IMG/VR virus record: IMGVR_UViG_3300037010_002844
Location: 64,001 to 128,000 of that record
Length of the DNA: 64,000 bases
Strand: one strand, 5' to 3'
Source of the DNA: a virus
Shown: positions 1 to 9,300 of the stretch, one piece after another
Position numbering within the stretch: the stretch's first letter is position 1
How the letters are laid out: every line of letters starts with the position of its first letter
Program-made: the position numbers and the translations under genes
Notes under the pieces: generated by a model
Seen by the model: only the letters and a program-made list of their open reading frames with translations
Told to the model about the DNA's origin: nothing
Databases searched by the model: none

Positions 1-254
1 CAAGCCTTCCAGACCGCTGGTGCTCCACCGGGGATGTCATTGACGTTCCGTGACATGGAGCGATACCATTCAATCTCACGAGCCACGTAGTCCTGATTGA
101 CCGTTCCGAAGATCGATGTTTCGTTAGCGATGAACGTAGCACCGACGACCTCGATCATCTTGCAACCAGACTTGTCAGTAACGTGTTCCTGGCGTTCCTT
201 GAGGTCCTTAAACAAGGAGCGAACATCGGCAACCTTGTATTGAATTTGAATCAA
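1..254 (-). CDS. Deoxypyrimidine (dCMP/dUMP) hydroxymethylase, T4 gp42-like. Only the N-terminal 84 codons are present; the rest lies beyond the window edge.
   Basis: Not in the ORF track because it runs off the edge. My minus-strand translation from TTG 254-252 is IQIQYKVADVRSLFKDLKERQEHVTDKSGCKMIEVVGATFIANETSIFGTVNQDYVAREIEWYRSMSRNVNDIPGGAPAVWKA. It aligns without gaps to my recollection of the T4 gp42 N-terminus (VDKTGVKTIEIIGASFVADEPFIFGALNDEYIQRELEWYKSKSLFVKDIPGETPKIW). GGAGG lies 5 nt upstream of the TTG. Confidence 0.75.
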   Translation of the reverse strand, partial: MIQIQYKVADVRSLFKDLKERQEHVTDKSGCKMIEVVGATFIANETSIFGTVNQDYVAREIEWYRSMSRNVNDIPGGAPAVWKA

Positions 255-443
255 CTATTCCTCCACGCTTCTCGATGTTTTGATTACCAGCGATCCATTC
301 TTTAGACTCACAAGCTCCAAGAGCACCGGTTCTTGTTGGGAAGGTAGAAACCCAGCAAACTTCGCAGTGTCGACATGTTCTCTTAGAGCAGTGCGTAGAT
401 CATTACTGCTTGTAACAGCGTGTGTTGTTTCGATGATTTTCAT
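255..443 (-). CDS. Hypothetical 62-aa protein, translationally coupled between the epimerase and the hydroxymethylase.
   Basis: Internal ATG at 443-441 overlaps the epimerase TGA (ATGA). Its TAG at 255-257 directly abuts the TTG start of the next gene. Sequence starts MKIIETTHAVTSSNDLRTALREHV... Confidence 0.45.
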   Translation of the reverse strand: MKIIETTHAVTSSNDLRTALREHVDTAKFAGFLPSQQEPVLLELVSLKNGSLVIKTSRSVEE

Positions 444-1399
444 GTGTGCAGCTTCAATACCTTGGTCCACGACCAGTTGTCCTCGTACCACTTGATGGTG
501 CGGTCCAAGCCGTCCCAGAATCGTACCACGGGGATGTACCCGAGTACACGCTCAGCTTTCGAAACGTCGGCCTGCGTGTGCATCACATCACCCGGGCGCC
601 AAGGGGCATCGACATAGGAAGCGCCCGGATAACGACGCTTGAGCTCCTCAAGGATCTCTTTGTTCGTCGTTCGATCACCGCACGCCACGTTGAATGTTTC
701 GGCTCCAAGCTTTCCAGAATACGTGGCTGCCTTCATGCAGGCTGACACCACGTTGTCCACGTAACACATGTCACGGGACTGTGAGCCGTCACCGTCGGAG
801 CGCATAGGCACGCCTTTCTTGATCGCCGTCAACCACGCAGAAACCGCAGTAGCGTACGGTGAATCGCCGAGTTGATTGGGTCCGAAGACGTTGAAGAACC
901 GCATGCAGGCTGAGTCGAGACCGTAAAGCTCGCTGTACAACCGCAGATAGTCCTCAATGATCGCCTTCTGCAGAGCATAAGGCGACTTGGGATTCCGTGG
1001 AAAAGTCTCAGGGGTCGGCAGCACATCAGCGCCTCCGTACACAGATGAGCTGGAGGCGAAGACGACGTGATTGACATTGCCCTTGCAAGCCTCCAGGAGG
1101 AGCAATGTCTTGTCGACGTTGACCTCATGCGTTCTCAAGGGATAGAGGACTGAGTAAGAGACCCGCGGGACCGCCGCCAGGTGAATGACCGTGTCAAACT
1201 CCTGACGCCTGATCCGATCGAGGACCGTGGAGTTCGCAAAGTCGTTGGGTTGAAAGCGCACTGCGATGGGCGATGGCAAGAATTCGCGGTGACCGTTGCT
1301 CAGGTCATCGACGCAGGTGACGTGCCACCCAGCATCTAGACACGCCTTCGTCAGGTTCGAACCTATAAAACCCGCGGCACCCGTAATCAAAACTCTCAT
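440..1399 (-). CDS. NAD-dependent sugar-nucleotide epimerase/dehydratase (extended SDR, UDP-hexose/pentose 4-epimerase-like).
   Basis: N-terminal Rossmann motif VLITGAAGFIGSNL. Catalytic ASSSSVYG ... SPYALQK (S...YxxxK). Length of 319 aa is typical. Confidence 0.85.
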   Translation of the reverse strand: MRVLITGAAGFIGSNLTKACLDAGWHVTCVDDLSNGHREFLPSPIAVRFQPNDFANSTVLDRIRRQEFDTVIHLAAVPRVSYSVLYPLRTHEVNVDKTLLLLEACKGNVNHVVFASSSSVYGGADVLPTPETFPRNPKSPYALQKAIIEDYLRLYSELYGLDSACMRFFNVFGPNQLGDSPYATAVSAWLTAIKKGVPMRSDGDGSQSRDMCYVDNVVSACMKAATYSGKLGAETFNVACGDRTTNKEILEELKRRYPGASYVDAPWRPGDVMHTQADVSKAERVLGYIPVVRFWDGLDRTIKWYEDNWSWTKVLKLHT

Positions 1400-1431
1400 G
1401 AGGTCATTATATGCCTCACAGAGTCCTTAGT

Positions 1432-2226
1432 TCAACGGGTCGTGTTTAGCGACAAAAAGATGGTACCCCGGACAGGGTCAGCATCCAAGACACCACGAAT
1501 TGACGGGCTGGTGTAGTCGGCAAACAAACCCTCATCGGAAGTGTCTGCTAGGATCGCAGCAGGATCCTCGATCGAGGACTCAAATCCAAGCTTTATCATG
1601 ACCTCATCAAGATATATTGACACTTTCATGCACTGCTCGGGCGGAACCATCATACTGCACTTCGTCTTCAACGTCTTTGCATCCGGCATGGGCGAACAGG
1701 TGACCTTCGTCCCCTTGAGGCGTATGGCCTCACGCACAGCATTGACGACCTCAGTCAGCGTCTTCGGAGCCTTCTTGATGAGAGCAGTTGTCTTCGAACC
1801 CGACATCACGGAAACGACGGCCGTTGCCAGTGCCTTCGGATCGAACTTTGCGGGCCTGTGACCTGGGGCATAGTTCATGGCGTTGAAGTAACTGTCCGCC
1901 ATGTCAAGAACTGCATCGTGAACGTAGAACTCGACCATATCGAGCCACGTATCATGGCGTTCTGCAGGATCACGGATGCCAGACATCTCGGCCTCGATAT
2001 TGGTCCACGCCTCGTAAATCGCGCCGAAGATGGGCCCACCTTCGTAATCCTCATCGAGGGCCTCGTCGACGAGATCATCCGGCGCACCGGCCTGTTCGAG
2101 CGCCATGGCAAATGCCTTGCGAAACTCGGAAAATGACTTCGGAGGCGCTGCAGCGGCCTCCATGAGGTTGGCTACGACGGCGAGTACCTCTTCACGGATC
2201 ATTTGAACAAGCTCTGACTTCTTCAT
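1432..2226 (-). CDS. Hypothetical protein carrying the shared N-terminal leader motif.
   Basis: 264-aa ORF. N-terminus is MKKSELVQMIREEV (I-x-E leader, see findings). The AT-rich palindrome GGTAATAATTACC lies 20-32 nt upstream of the start. Confidence 0.6.
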   Translation of the reverse strand: MKKSELVQMIREEVLAVVANLMEAAAAPPKSFSEFRKAFAMALEQAGAPDDLVDEALDEDYEGGPIFGAIYEAWTNIEAEMSGIRDPAERHDTWLDMVEFYVHDAVLDMADSYFNAMNYAPGHRPAKFDPKALATAVVSVMSGSKTTALIKKAPKTLTEVVNAVREAIRLKGTKVTCSPMPDAKTLKTKCSMMVPPEQCMKVSIYLDEVMIKLGFESSIEDPAAILADTSDEGLFADYTSPSIRGVLDADPVRGTIFLSLNTTR

Positions 2227-2285
2227 CGGCGGAGTCTCCCTGGCAGGTAATTATTACCTTAGGCGGAGGGGGCCTATAACTAGGC

Positions 2286-2530
2286 CTACACTTCTCGCAA
2301 GAGTGCCCTTGAAATTGCCAGACGACCACCGAAATTGATGTTTTTGAACTCAGCACTAACGAGTCCCCCACAGAATACGCAAGAATCCGTGGGTCTGACG
2401 GGCACTTTCTTTAGCTCTTCGATGCGCTTCTTTTCTTTCTCACGGGCAGCCTCAGCAACCTCTTTGAAGCGCTTTTCTCTTTATTTGCAGGTAGACTGTC
2501 GAGCCACCTCGCGAAAATGAATTGATCCAT
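2286..2530 (-). pseudogene. Small ORF broken by a frameshift (or an assembly indel).
   Basis: MDQFIFARWLDSLPANKEK (frame of ORF 2411..2608) is followed, in another frame, by a start-less open stretch 2289-2480: EKRFKEVAEAAREKEKKRIEELKKVPVRPTDSCVFCGGLVSAEFKNINFGGRLAISRALLREV*. The frames meet at the A-rich run near 2470-2485. Confidence 0.35.
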
Positions 2531-2553
2531 GTGATCGGGATCTTTATCGTTCT

Positions 2554-3891
2554 TCACAGCAGGTCCATGCGCTTCATCGCCATCGGCGTCGTGGCCTCGT
2601 ACGAACATCGAGCTCGGACGACCGTCCGCAGACGATCGAGCCAGTCCTTCATGTACGCAGGTCGTTCCTTGATGTTATGAATCAAAGCTGAAGCAATGTG
2701 ATGCAGATCCTTGAAGTCCGGCGACGCCAAGAAGGGCCACTTACTGGCCTCCTGAGCGATGCTCGAATATTCGAAGTTATCGATCCACAGAGGCATACAC
2801 CCGAGCTCAATGCATTCTCGAGCGGCGGTGCCCCCATAGGTGTCCTGATCATAGAGGCTGACAGCGATGTCAGCCTGACGACAGATGACCTTGAACTCGT
2901 CGCGGTTAAAGGCATCCGGGACCAATGAAACGTAGCCATTAGGCCCGCACTCCTTCTCGAGCTCGTGGTTGAAGAACTTCTGGCTGGGGTTGCCCGCTAG
3001 CACAACGAAGTCCTGGCGCAGTTCACGGAGTTTCGGCAAGATGTCAAACATGAACTTGCCACAGTTGGTGTAGTCCGACGAACGACCGCGCCCGCCGACA
3101 CGGTTCGGGACGAAGAGGATGACCTTGCCTTCGGCGTGCCAGCGATTCAACAGGTCGGGATCAAACCTGACGTTGCTCATGTCGGGCTTAGAGTTGATCT
3201 CCTCGGCTGAGTAACCATCGTCCCAGGGATCCGACTTCATCAAGATGTCATTGACAATGTCCCGCTTCAGGACATTGTCAGCCTCGCGCTCGAACTCCTT
3301 CAAGGCCGAGGGACACTGCCAGAAGTTCCAGTCAGCCTTTATGGCTGCCTCAAGCTGGCCGAACCAGAGCGAGGCCTCTTCCGGAAACTTGGGACAAGAA
3401 GGTACGTCGACGAAGTGACTGTGCACGTAAAACCTGGGCCTATAACCACCAGTCACGTGGAACAACGCCTTGAAGTTGCGAAGGTGCATTGGGTCGTTGA
3501 TGTAGACCGCGTCCCACTTGGGCTTTTTGCCGATCTTCTGCATTCCGAGATCAAGGGCACTGGCGAGTGCCGACCAGTTGAAGTCGTACCGTGTCACCAA
3601 CGCGTTGGCGATGATCTCGTGCTCGATGAAATTCAGACGGCGCTCGCCATCCTCACCGTACTTGGCCCACAGGTCAGCATTGACATCCCGGGGATCTGTG
3701 ATAACCTGACGACCAGCGGGATCACCCGTCTTGGGGCACATCACGTCAATGTGAAGGTCAGGATTGAGCTTCAGCATTTCACGGACGCGGCCCATCACCA
3801 TCTGCCATCCTGAGTCACATTCGAGCAGAAACTTACCGTAGGTATTGTAATTGCTCAACTGTGTCTCGATCAAGAGCCTCTTGTGTTCCAT
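2554..3891 (-). CDS. GT-B fold glycosyltransferase (GT1/GT4-like); candidate DNA or sugar glycosyltransferase.
   Basis: 445 aa. The C-terminal half reads VILFVPNRVGGRGRS...VVLAGNPSQKF...YGGTAARECIELGCMPLW, which resembles the nucleotide-sugar binding E-x7-E region of GT-B enzymes. Confidence 0.6.
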   Translation of the reverse strand: MEHKRLLIETQLSNYNTYGKFLLECDSGWQMVMGRVREMLKLNPDLHIDVMCPKTGDPAGRQVITDPRDVNADLWAKYGEDGERRLNFIEHEIIANALVTRYDFNWSALASALDLGMQKIGKKPKWDAVYINDPMHLRNFKALFHVTGGYRPRFYVHSHFVDVPSCPKFPEEASLWFGQLEAAIKADWNFWQCPSALKEFEREADNVLKRDIVNDILMKSDPWDDGYSAEEINSKPDMSNVRFDPDLLNRWHAEGKVILFVPNRVGGRGRSSDYTNCGKFMFDILPKLRELRQDFVVLAGNPSQKFFNHELEKECGPNGYVSLVPDAFNRDEFKVICRQADIAVSLYDQDTYGGTAARECIELGCMPLWIDNFEYSSIAQEASKWPFLASPDFKDLHHIASALIHNIKERPAYMKDWLDRLRTVVRARCSYEATTPMAMKRMDLL

Positions 3892-4044
3892 GAAGCAGTA
3901 TCTACTACTTGTTTATCAAGTTGTATTGGGTTGAAGGAAAAGGCAAGCGATCAGGCCAAGCGACAAACGTCGATCAATCGCTATGGCGTCAAATGCTATG
4001 CAAGCACCTGAAGCTCTAGAAAAAAGACATGTCTCGAACACAGA

Positions 4045-4170
4045 CTATAGGCAACACATTGGGTGCAATAATCTTGCCTCCACACTTTTTGCTTCCATGA
4101 GAAGACACTCCATACCATAGTGGTTCTTGTAGTCAGAAGTGTCTTTCCCATAGTAGCAACAGGGGTGCAT
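4045..4170 (-). CDS. 41-aa Cys-rich micro-ORF (MHPCCYYGKDTSDYKNHYGMECLLMEAKSVEARLLHPMCCL).
   Basis: ATG 4170-4168 shares one base with the methyltransferase TGA (TGATG). HPCC and HPMCC motifs sit at the two ends. No homolog recognised. Confidence 0.25.
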   Translation of the reverse strand: MHPCCYYGKDTSDYKNHYGMECLLMEAKSVEARLLHPMCCL

Positions 4171-4853
4171 CAGGTCGCCTTCTTGTAGACACGAGTGTTC
4201 TTGCGGTAGAAGCTCGCAAAGGCACACTTCAGGCGATTGCCCTTACCTGGCACCTTGAGGTTGGCAAATGCAGCTGACAACGCGGGATCGACCACGTACC
4301 CGCGGGTCGCCATCTTCTTGATGACCTCGTCGACCGGTTGGCAGTTGACATGGTGACGCCCCCACTGTGGGTGCCAATCTGGCCCTCCCGGCAGGCGCTC
4401 GCCCAACCGATTGACCTTCAACGTCAAGTTGGCATCATAGGTACCCCAGCCCGAGGCCACGCCGAAGACTACGAGCCTCGGATCCGGCGACAACAGGCAG
4501 TCCAAAAAGTTCGACTCTTTGTCATGAGTCACGTGTTCCATCGCCTCGAGCGACATGCAGACATCGCGTGAGCCCACCGTCAGGTTCTGAGGCGACACAG
4601 TCCCAATGTCGATCTTTTGGAAGTTCTTGACATCGATCCTCAGCTGATTGACGTCAGCGAAGCCATCGCAGCCCCAGACCGGGATGCTGCCCTCGAGCGG
4701 CTCCAACCAATCACCTTGACCGCAGCCGAAGTCGGCAATCGACTCAGCCTTCAGAACATTCAAAACGAAATCCTTCCACGCCGGTAGCCCGTGAGCGAAA
4801 TACTGCCGACCATCGTCAAAGAAGCCACTGTCGTAATTGATGGGTTTTGCCAT
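4170..4853 (-). CDS. Class I SAM-dependent methyltransferase.
   Basis: Motif I is IADFGCGQGDW, post-I is WGCDG, motif II is DVCMSLEAMEHV. I place the start at ATG 4853-4851 (MAKPINYD), 1 nt after the upstream TGA, rather than at the ORF-track start 4916. Confidence 0.7.
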   Translation of the reverse strand: MAKPINYDSGFFDDGRQYFAHGLPAWKDFVLNVLKAESIADFGCGQGDWLEPLEGSIPVWGCDGFADVNQLRIDVKNFQKIDIGTVSPQNLTVGSRDVCMSLEAMEHVTHDKESNFLDCLLSPDPRLVVFGVASGWGTYDANLTLKVNRLGERLPGGPDWHPQWGRHHVNCQPVDEVIKKMATRGYVVDPALSAAFANLKVPGKGNRLKCAFASFYRKNTRVYKKAT

Positions 4854-4854
4854 G

Positions 4855-5394
4855 TCAGTCCTTGTTAAGGAAGTCGATGATTTCCTCGGTCTCGCGGGCG
4901 AGGTTCTCGTCGTCAACGTTCAACCTCAAGATCCTGCACTTCGACCAACTTGCAAATTCCTCATAGGCGCTGTGAAGGCTGGTCAGCAGCTCTTCTCCAA
5001 TGCTAGGGTCGAGGTCGTCCTTGATACCCGCGTAATTGGAGCGTTGCGCAAAGATCACGCGAGCGCCCAATGATGCCCATGCCTCGTCCATGTGTCGCAG
5101 CATCATCAAGTCGGTCTCACGGCCAAATACCTTTGCATATGCATACTCACACGGAAAGCCTCGGTCGAAGATGACACTGTAGCCCGTTTGCTTCAACAGG
5201 TCATATACACGGGGATCTGCGAAACGCAGTTGATTCAAGAATTTGTCGTTCTTGGTGACCCGCGAGCTTAGAAATGAGGTGTATTCTGAGGTCGCCTTGA
5301 AATACGGAATGCCAGTTACCCGCGAAAGCTCGCGGGCCATCTCGGTCTTACCACAACGATCTGGTCCGACAAAAAACGTTAGTGATTGTTTCAT
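4855..5394 (-). CDS. P-loop nucleoside/nucleotide kinase (Tmk/dNMP-kinase-like).
   Basis: Walker A is FFVGPDRCGKTEMA. A Tmk-like DRGFPCEYAYAKVFG segment is present. 179 aa. Confidence 0.6.
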   Translation of the reverse strand: MKQSLTFFVGPDRCGKTEMARELSRVTGIPYFKATSEYTSFLSSRVTKNDKFLNQLRFADPRVYDLLKQTGYSVIFDRGFPCEYAYAKVFGRETDLMMLRHMDEAWASLGARVIFAQRSNYAGIKDDLDPSIGEELLTSLHSAYEEFASWSKCRILRLNVDDENLARETEEIIDFLNKD

Positions 5395-5509
5395 TTACTT
5401 CCTTCCAGATTACGTCTGGATCTTGACGGGCAAGATCAAATACAATCTTGGGAAATCAACATCTGTTACTACACGAAACTCTATCCCGCGTTACGCCATG
5501 CCGATTATC

Positions 5510-6079
5510 TTAAACCGTGGGAATCGGCGTGTTCAGCTCGGGCGCATCTTGCACGTTTTCATAGTTCACGTAGAGCCCGTGACTGCCCACGCCCTTGCGC
5601 ACGTGTCCCAGGGACTCGCAGAAGACCACGTACTGCGCCAGCTGTTCCTCAACCTTCGACACCTCACCCACCTGGTCCTTGCCACGGTGCTTAAAGGTCA
5701 CACGTTGGCCCACAGAATATTTGGGAGTAACCCCATGGTGGTTTACCCATTCCGCGATCAGAGAATTGTGAGCCTTGATTCGCATGTAAGCTACATCCTC
5801 CAAGAGGTGGAGGAGCTCGTGATCAACCTCCCAGTAGTGAATGTTGTCCAACATCTTGGCAATGTCGTACGCATCGTCGTCGAACCTGACGGCACTTCTC
5901 AGGTCATCATGGATCTCCTTCAGGTAGGATTTCTCAAACTTGTCGGTGTCATCGCCCGCGGACTTCATCCACTGAATGACGCGTGGCATCAGGGCATCGA
6001 GCAGGCGCTCGAGCACCTCGGGATCCGTGCGATTCGGGCGAGGCGGCCAACCGCAGCCGAAGAGGACCTGCTGCTTCAT
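5510..6079 (-). CDS. Hypothetical protein.
   Basis: 189-aa ORF with an ATGA overlap to the upstream gene. No motif recognised. Confidence 0.5.
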   Translation of the reverse strand: MKQQVLFGCGWPPRPNRTDPEVLERLLDALMPRVIQWMKSAGDDTDKFEKSYLKEIHDDLRSAVRFDDDAYDIAKMLDNIHYWEVDHELLHLLEDVAYMRIKAHNSLIAEWVNHHGVTPKYSVGQRVTFKHRGKDQVGEVSKVEEQLAQYVVFCESLGHVRKGVGSHGLYVNYENVQDAPELNTPIPTV

Positions 6080-6267
6080 GGTTTGCTACTGTCGTAGAGT
6101 TCCTGTAGGGAGTTTGTGATCGTTTGGATGATTCCTGGTCGAATTCGGACCCAACACGGACTGCACAGCAACCCACGATTGGTGTGCCACTTTTGTGGGT
6201 CGAACGCCCAGTGAGGTGCCCCGCACTCAGGACAGGTGACCTTGACAATATCATCATTCGACGACAT
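6076..6267 (-). CDS. Small zinc-ribbon protein.
   Basis: CPECGAPHW...CSPCW (CxxC...CxxC). 63 aa. Confidence 0.5.
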   Translation of the reverse strand: MSSNDDIVKVTCPECGAPHWAFDPQKWHTNRGLLCSPCWVRIRPGIIQTITNSLQELYDSSKP

Positions 6268-6344
6268 GACATGAAAGTACTTTAGTACGCCCTCGGTTTA
6301 CACTTAGGCGTGCACCCGCACGATGGAGGGAATAATTACCATGC

Positions 6345-9300
6345 ATGAAGGTCACCCTGGGCACATTGCGCGAGTCAATCCTAGAAAGCTACGTTGAGAT
6401 TCTCGTCGAAGGCCGCATAGAAGACGCCCGTGAACGGTACCCTGACATTTCCGACGAGGACTTCGATGACCTAGTCGAGAATCAGCCGCAAGGGTCCAAC
6501 AACAAGTACCTGATGTGGTGTGCCAAGCAGGTCGACGATGGCTTTTCAGTCAACGTCGTCGTCCAGAACATGCGATTGTTCGACGGCAACAAGCAGCGAC
6601 TCGAGAAGAAGGACATCAACCAGTATGAAGATCCCAGCGCCATCGAGACCGCTGTCCAGGCCTTGGGTGGCAAGTCGAAGAGCCAGGAGTCCAAGCAGGC
6701 CAAGGCTGATTCTGACGTGATCTACAATGATGATCACTGGTTGGTCATCCGTCCTCACACCATGGGAGCCTCCTGCAAGTACGGCATCGGAACCAAGTGG
6801 TGCATTGCAGCGACCACGAGCCACAACTACTTCTCGACGTATTCAACCAGCAACAACAAGTTCTACTTCGTCATTGACAAGACGCAGTTGCAGACCACAC
6901 CCCCGCCTCCGAGTTCCAAGTACGCCATCGTCATTCGTGACGAGGCGGGCCGCAATAATGAGGCCTACGATGCCTCTGACAAACGAGTCCCGGTATCGAC
7001 AGTTGCTAAACACGTGGGCGTCGAGTGGCCGGCAATCTGGTCAAAGATTGAGGCTCACGTCAAGAAGGTCCCACTGACCCGTGAGGTTGAGGACGAACAA
7101 CGCGCGGTTGAGGAGCATGTCAATGACCTGATGGCGGGCAAAGACGTGTCTTCGCAGGCGCTACAAAAAATCGCCAAGAGTGCCAAGATGACGTTGCGGG
7201 TGGTGCAGAAGGTCTATGATCTCGCGGCGAAGAAGGTCGAGACCGGAGAAGACAAGTACATGCTTTCATTCTTGATGTATGCGCTCAGCGACAACATCGG
7301 CAACTTGACGCCCGATGCGGCGATGTTCTTCATTCAGAAGATCGGCGATGGCGGCAACAGCTACTACATCAAGCGGGCCATCGAACATGCCAACCTGACA
7401 GAAGAGAACTTCACGCAGTTGGTGAAGAGCGGCAACGAGGCCGTCATCGCGGCCATCATGGAGAATCCACGCGCTCCTGACGCATTGAAGGACGAGATCG
7501 TTAAGGTCATTCCGAACTTCAAGAATGACATGGCAAAACACGATGCATGGTGGGCCTTGATCAAAAGCGGGCGCTACACGCTTGAGCAGTTCAAGGAAGC
7601 CGTGGAAAGCAGCTCTGCTTCACATTACCACGTCGTCGCAGGTCAGGTGTTGAGACACATTGACGAACTGAACTTGACGCCCGAGCAGCTCATGTTGATC
7701 CCCGTCACTGACGAATACGACCTGAAGAACATCATGAAGGCACCCAACCTGCCACCGGCTCACCTAGGTGCCTTGATCGTTAAGCTCCGTGACAAGTTGT
7801 CGACGCAGTTCTTGATCAAGTTGTTGAAGCAGTCGAACATCGACTCTGACACTGTCGAGTTGTTGTGGAAGTCGGTCACGCCCGACATCAGGACGGCGCT
7901 ATTGCAGAACCCGTCGATCGGAGCGTCAAATGCCAGCAAGTTCGCCCTCAGCAAGAATCACGCCTACCGCTTTGCGGTGGCCCACAATCCGGTCACGCCC
8001 AAGGAGGACCTAGCTGTCCTCGCAGGTGATGAGTCGACTTCTACGCGGGCCGCGGTGGCTGCTAACCCCAACACGCCCGTTAATGTTCTGAAACAGCTAT
8101 CCCGCGATGAGGCCGTCGCCATCCGCGCGGCTGCCGCGTCAAATGCCGCTGTCGGCAACGATGTCCTGCAGGCCTTGACCAAAGACAGCGACAACTTCGT
8201 CAGGAGGGTCGCTCGCAAGACTCTGAAGTCCCTAAAGGTCGCTGAGGCCTATGTCAAGGCTGCGATGGGCATGCGTAGGATCTTGTTGGAAGAGCTCAGC
8301 GACGAAAACGAGAACCAGGACATCATGAATCCCTCCTGGCGCGACATCTCGACAAAGTCTCTCAAGTCTGACGAGTTCATTGTCATCTTCTTGCTGCAGA
8401 ACAACGGCCACGCCACCCGCGAAGAAATCGAGTCAGCATGGTTTGACTGGATGGGTCGCCTGGTTCGACGCCACGATTTGTGGAAGAGCACTCAACACGG
8501 CAAGGAACCCGTGCGAGGCATCAATGCCAGCGGCTCAGCTTGGTACTGGGCACCGCCGGGTATCGACAAGGGCGCGCTGTTCCAGCTGACGCCCGCGGGC
8601 GCGGCTGCTGCCATGCATGCCCTGAACAAGGTTCGTGGCAGCGTTGAGCCAAGGCGCTCTGAGGTCGGCTCGGCCGGCGCACGCCCGGGCAGGACGTACT
8701 ACATCAGCAATGATGTCTCGGCTTTTGACATCACCGGCCGCGAAAATGACGAGATCGAAAGTGAAGAGATCGAGGTCAATCGTTACTCTTCCGAGCCCGT
8801 CATCCGCGGTGGCAAGTACACGAAGTTGTCACCGAATCGCAGCCGTGCGTCCAGGATGCGCACCAAGGGCGCGGTCTACTGGAAGTTCACGAGCCCGAAT
8901 GGCCGTGAGACGTACACCAAGAACCTACCTCAGGTTGCCTTGAAGCGCGGTGCCGAGGTCACATACGTCAAGGCTGTCCATGCTCCGGGTAGCGGTGGTC
9001 ACCCGTACAACATGGCGATGGTCAAGTATGGCGACAGGTACCTGTTGACCGCATTCCCGTTGATGACGACGGCCTCGGGCGCCCGTGAGGAAAATGCACC
9101 AGAAAACGTGGCGCCGCCGATTAAGAAGTCGCCGCCGTCGAAGGCAACAGCTGCCGCGCCCGCCGCAGCTGCAGCGATTGAGCCCACGGCAGCCAAGGGT
9201 CCGAAGACGACCTACAAAATCTACGGCCGATTCAAAGGTCACCCGGCCGCGACGCGATTGAAAGGTCAAGCCTACGTGGCCGGACAAGACACGCAGTTCT

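Noticed and set aside
1354-1363. GGTTCGAACC, a tRNA T-arm-like sequence.
   Set aside because: It sits inside the Rossmann-fold coding region of the epimerase (encoding GFIGSN on the other strand), and no cloverleaf can be drawn around it. I saw no other tRNA-like T-loops.
5243-6097. 284-aa plus-strand ORF.
   Set aside because: It is antisense to the kinase gene and the 189-aa gene, has low-complexity composition, and has no start context. I treat it as a shadow ORF. The same reasoning applies to 37692..38492, 44903..45763, 53063..53773 and 34640..35230.
8999-9196. Ala-rich minus-strand ORFs (8925..9374 and 8999..9196) within the 1019-aa gene.
   Set aside because: They are antisense reflections of the Ala/Pro-rich linker of the plus-strand protein, with no independent support.
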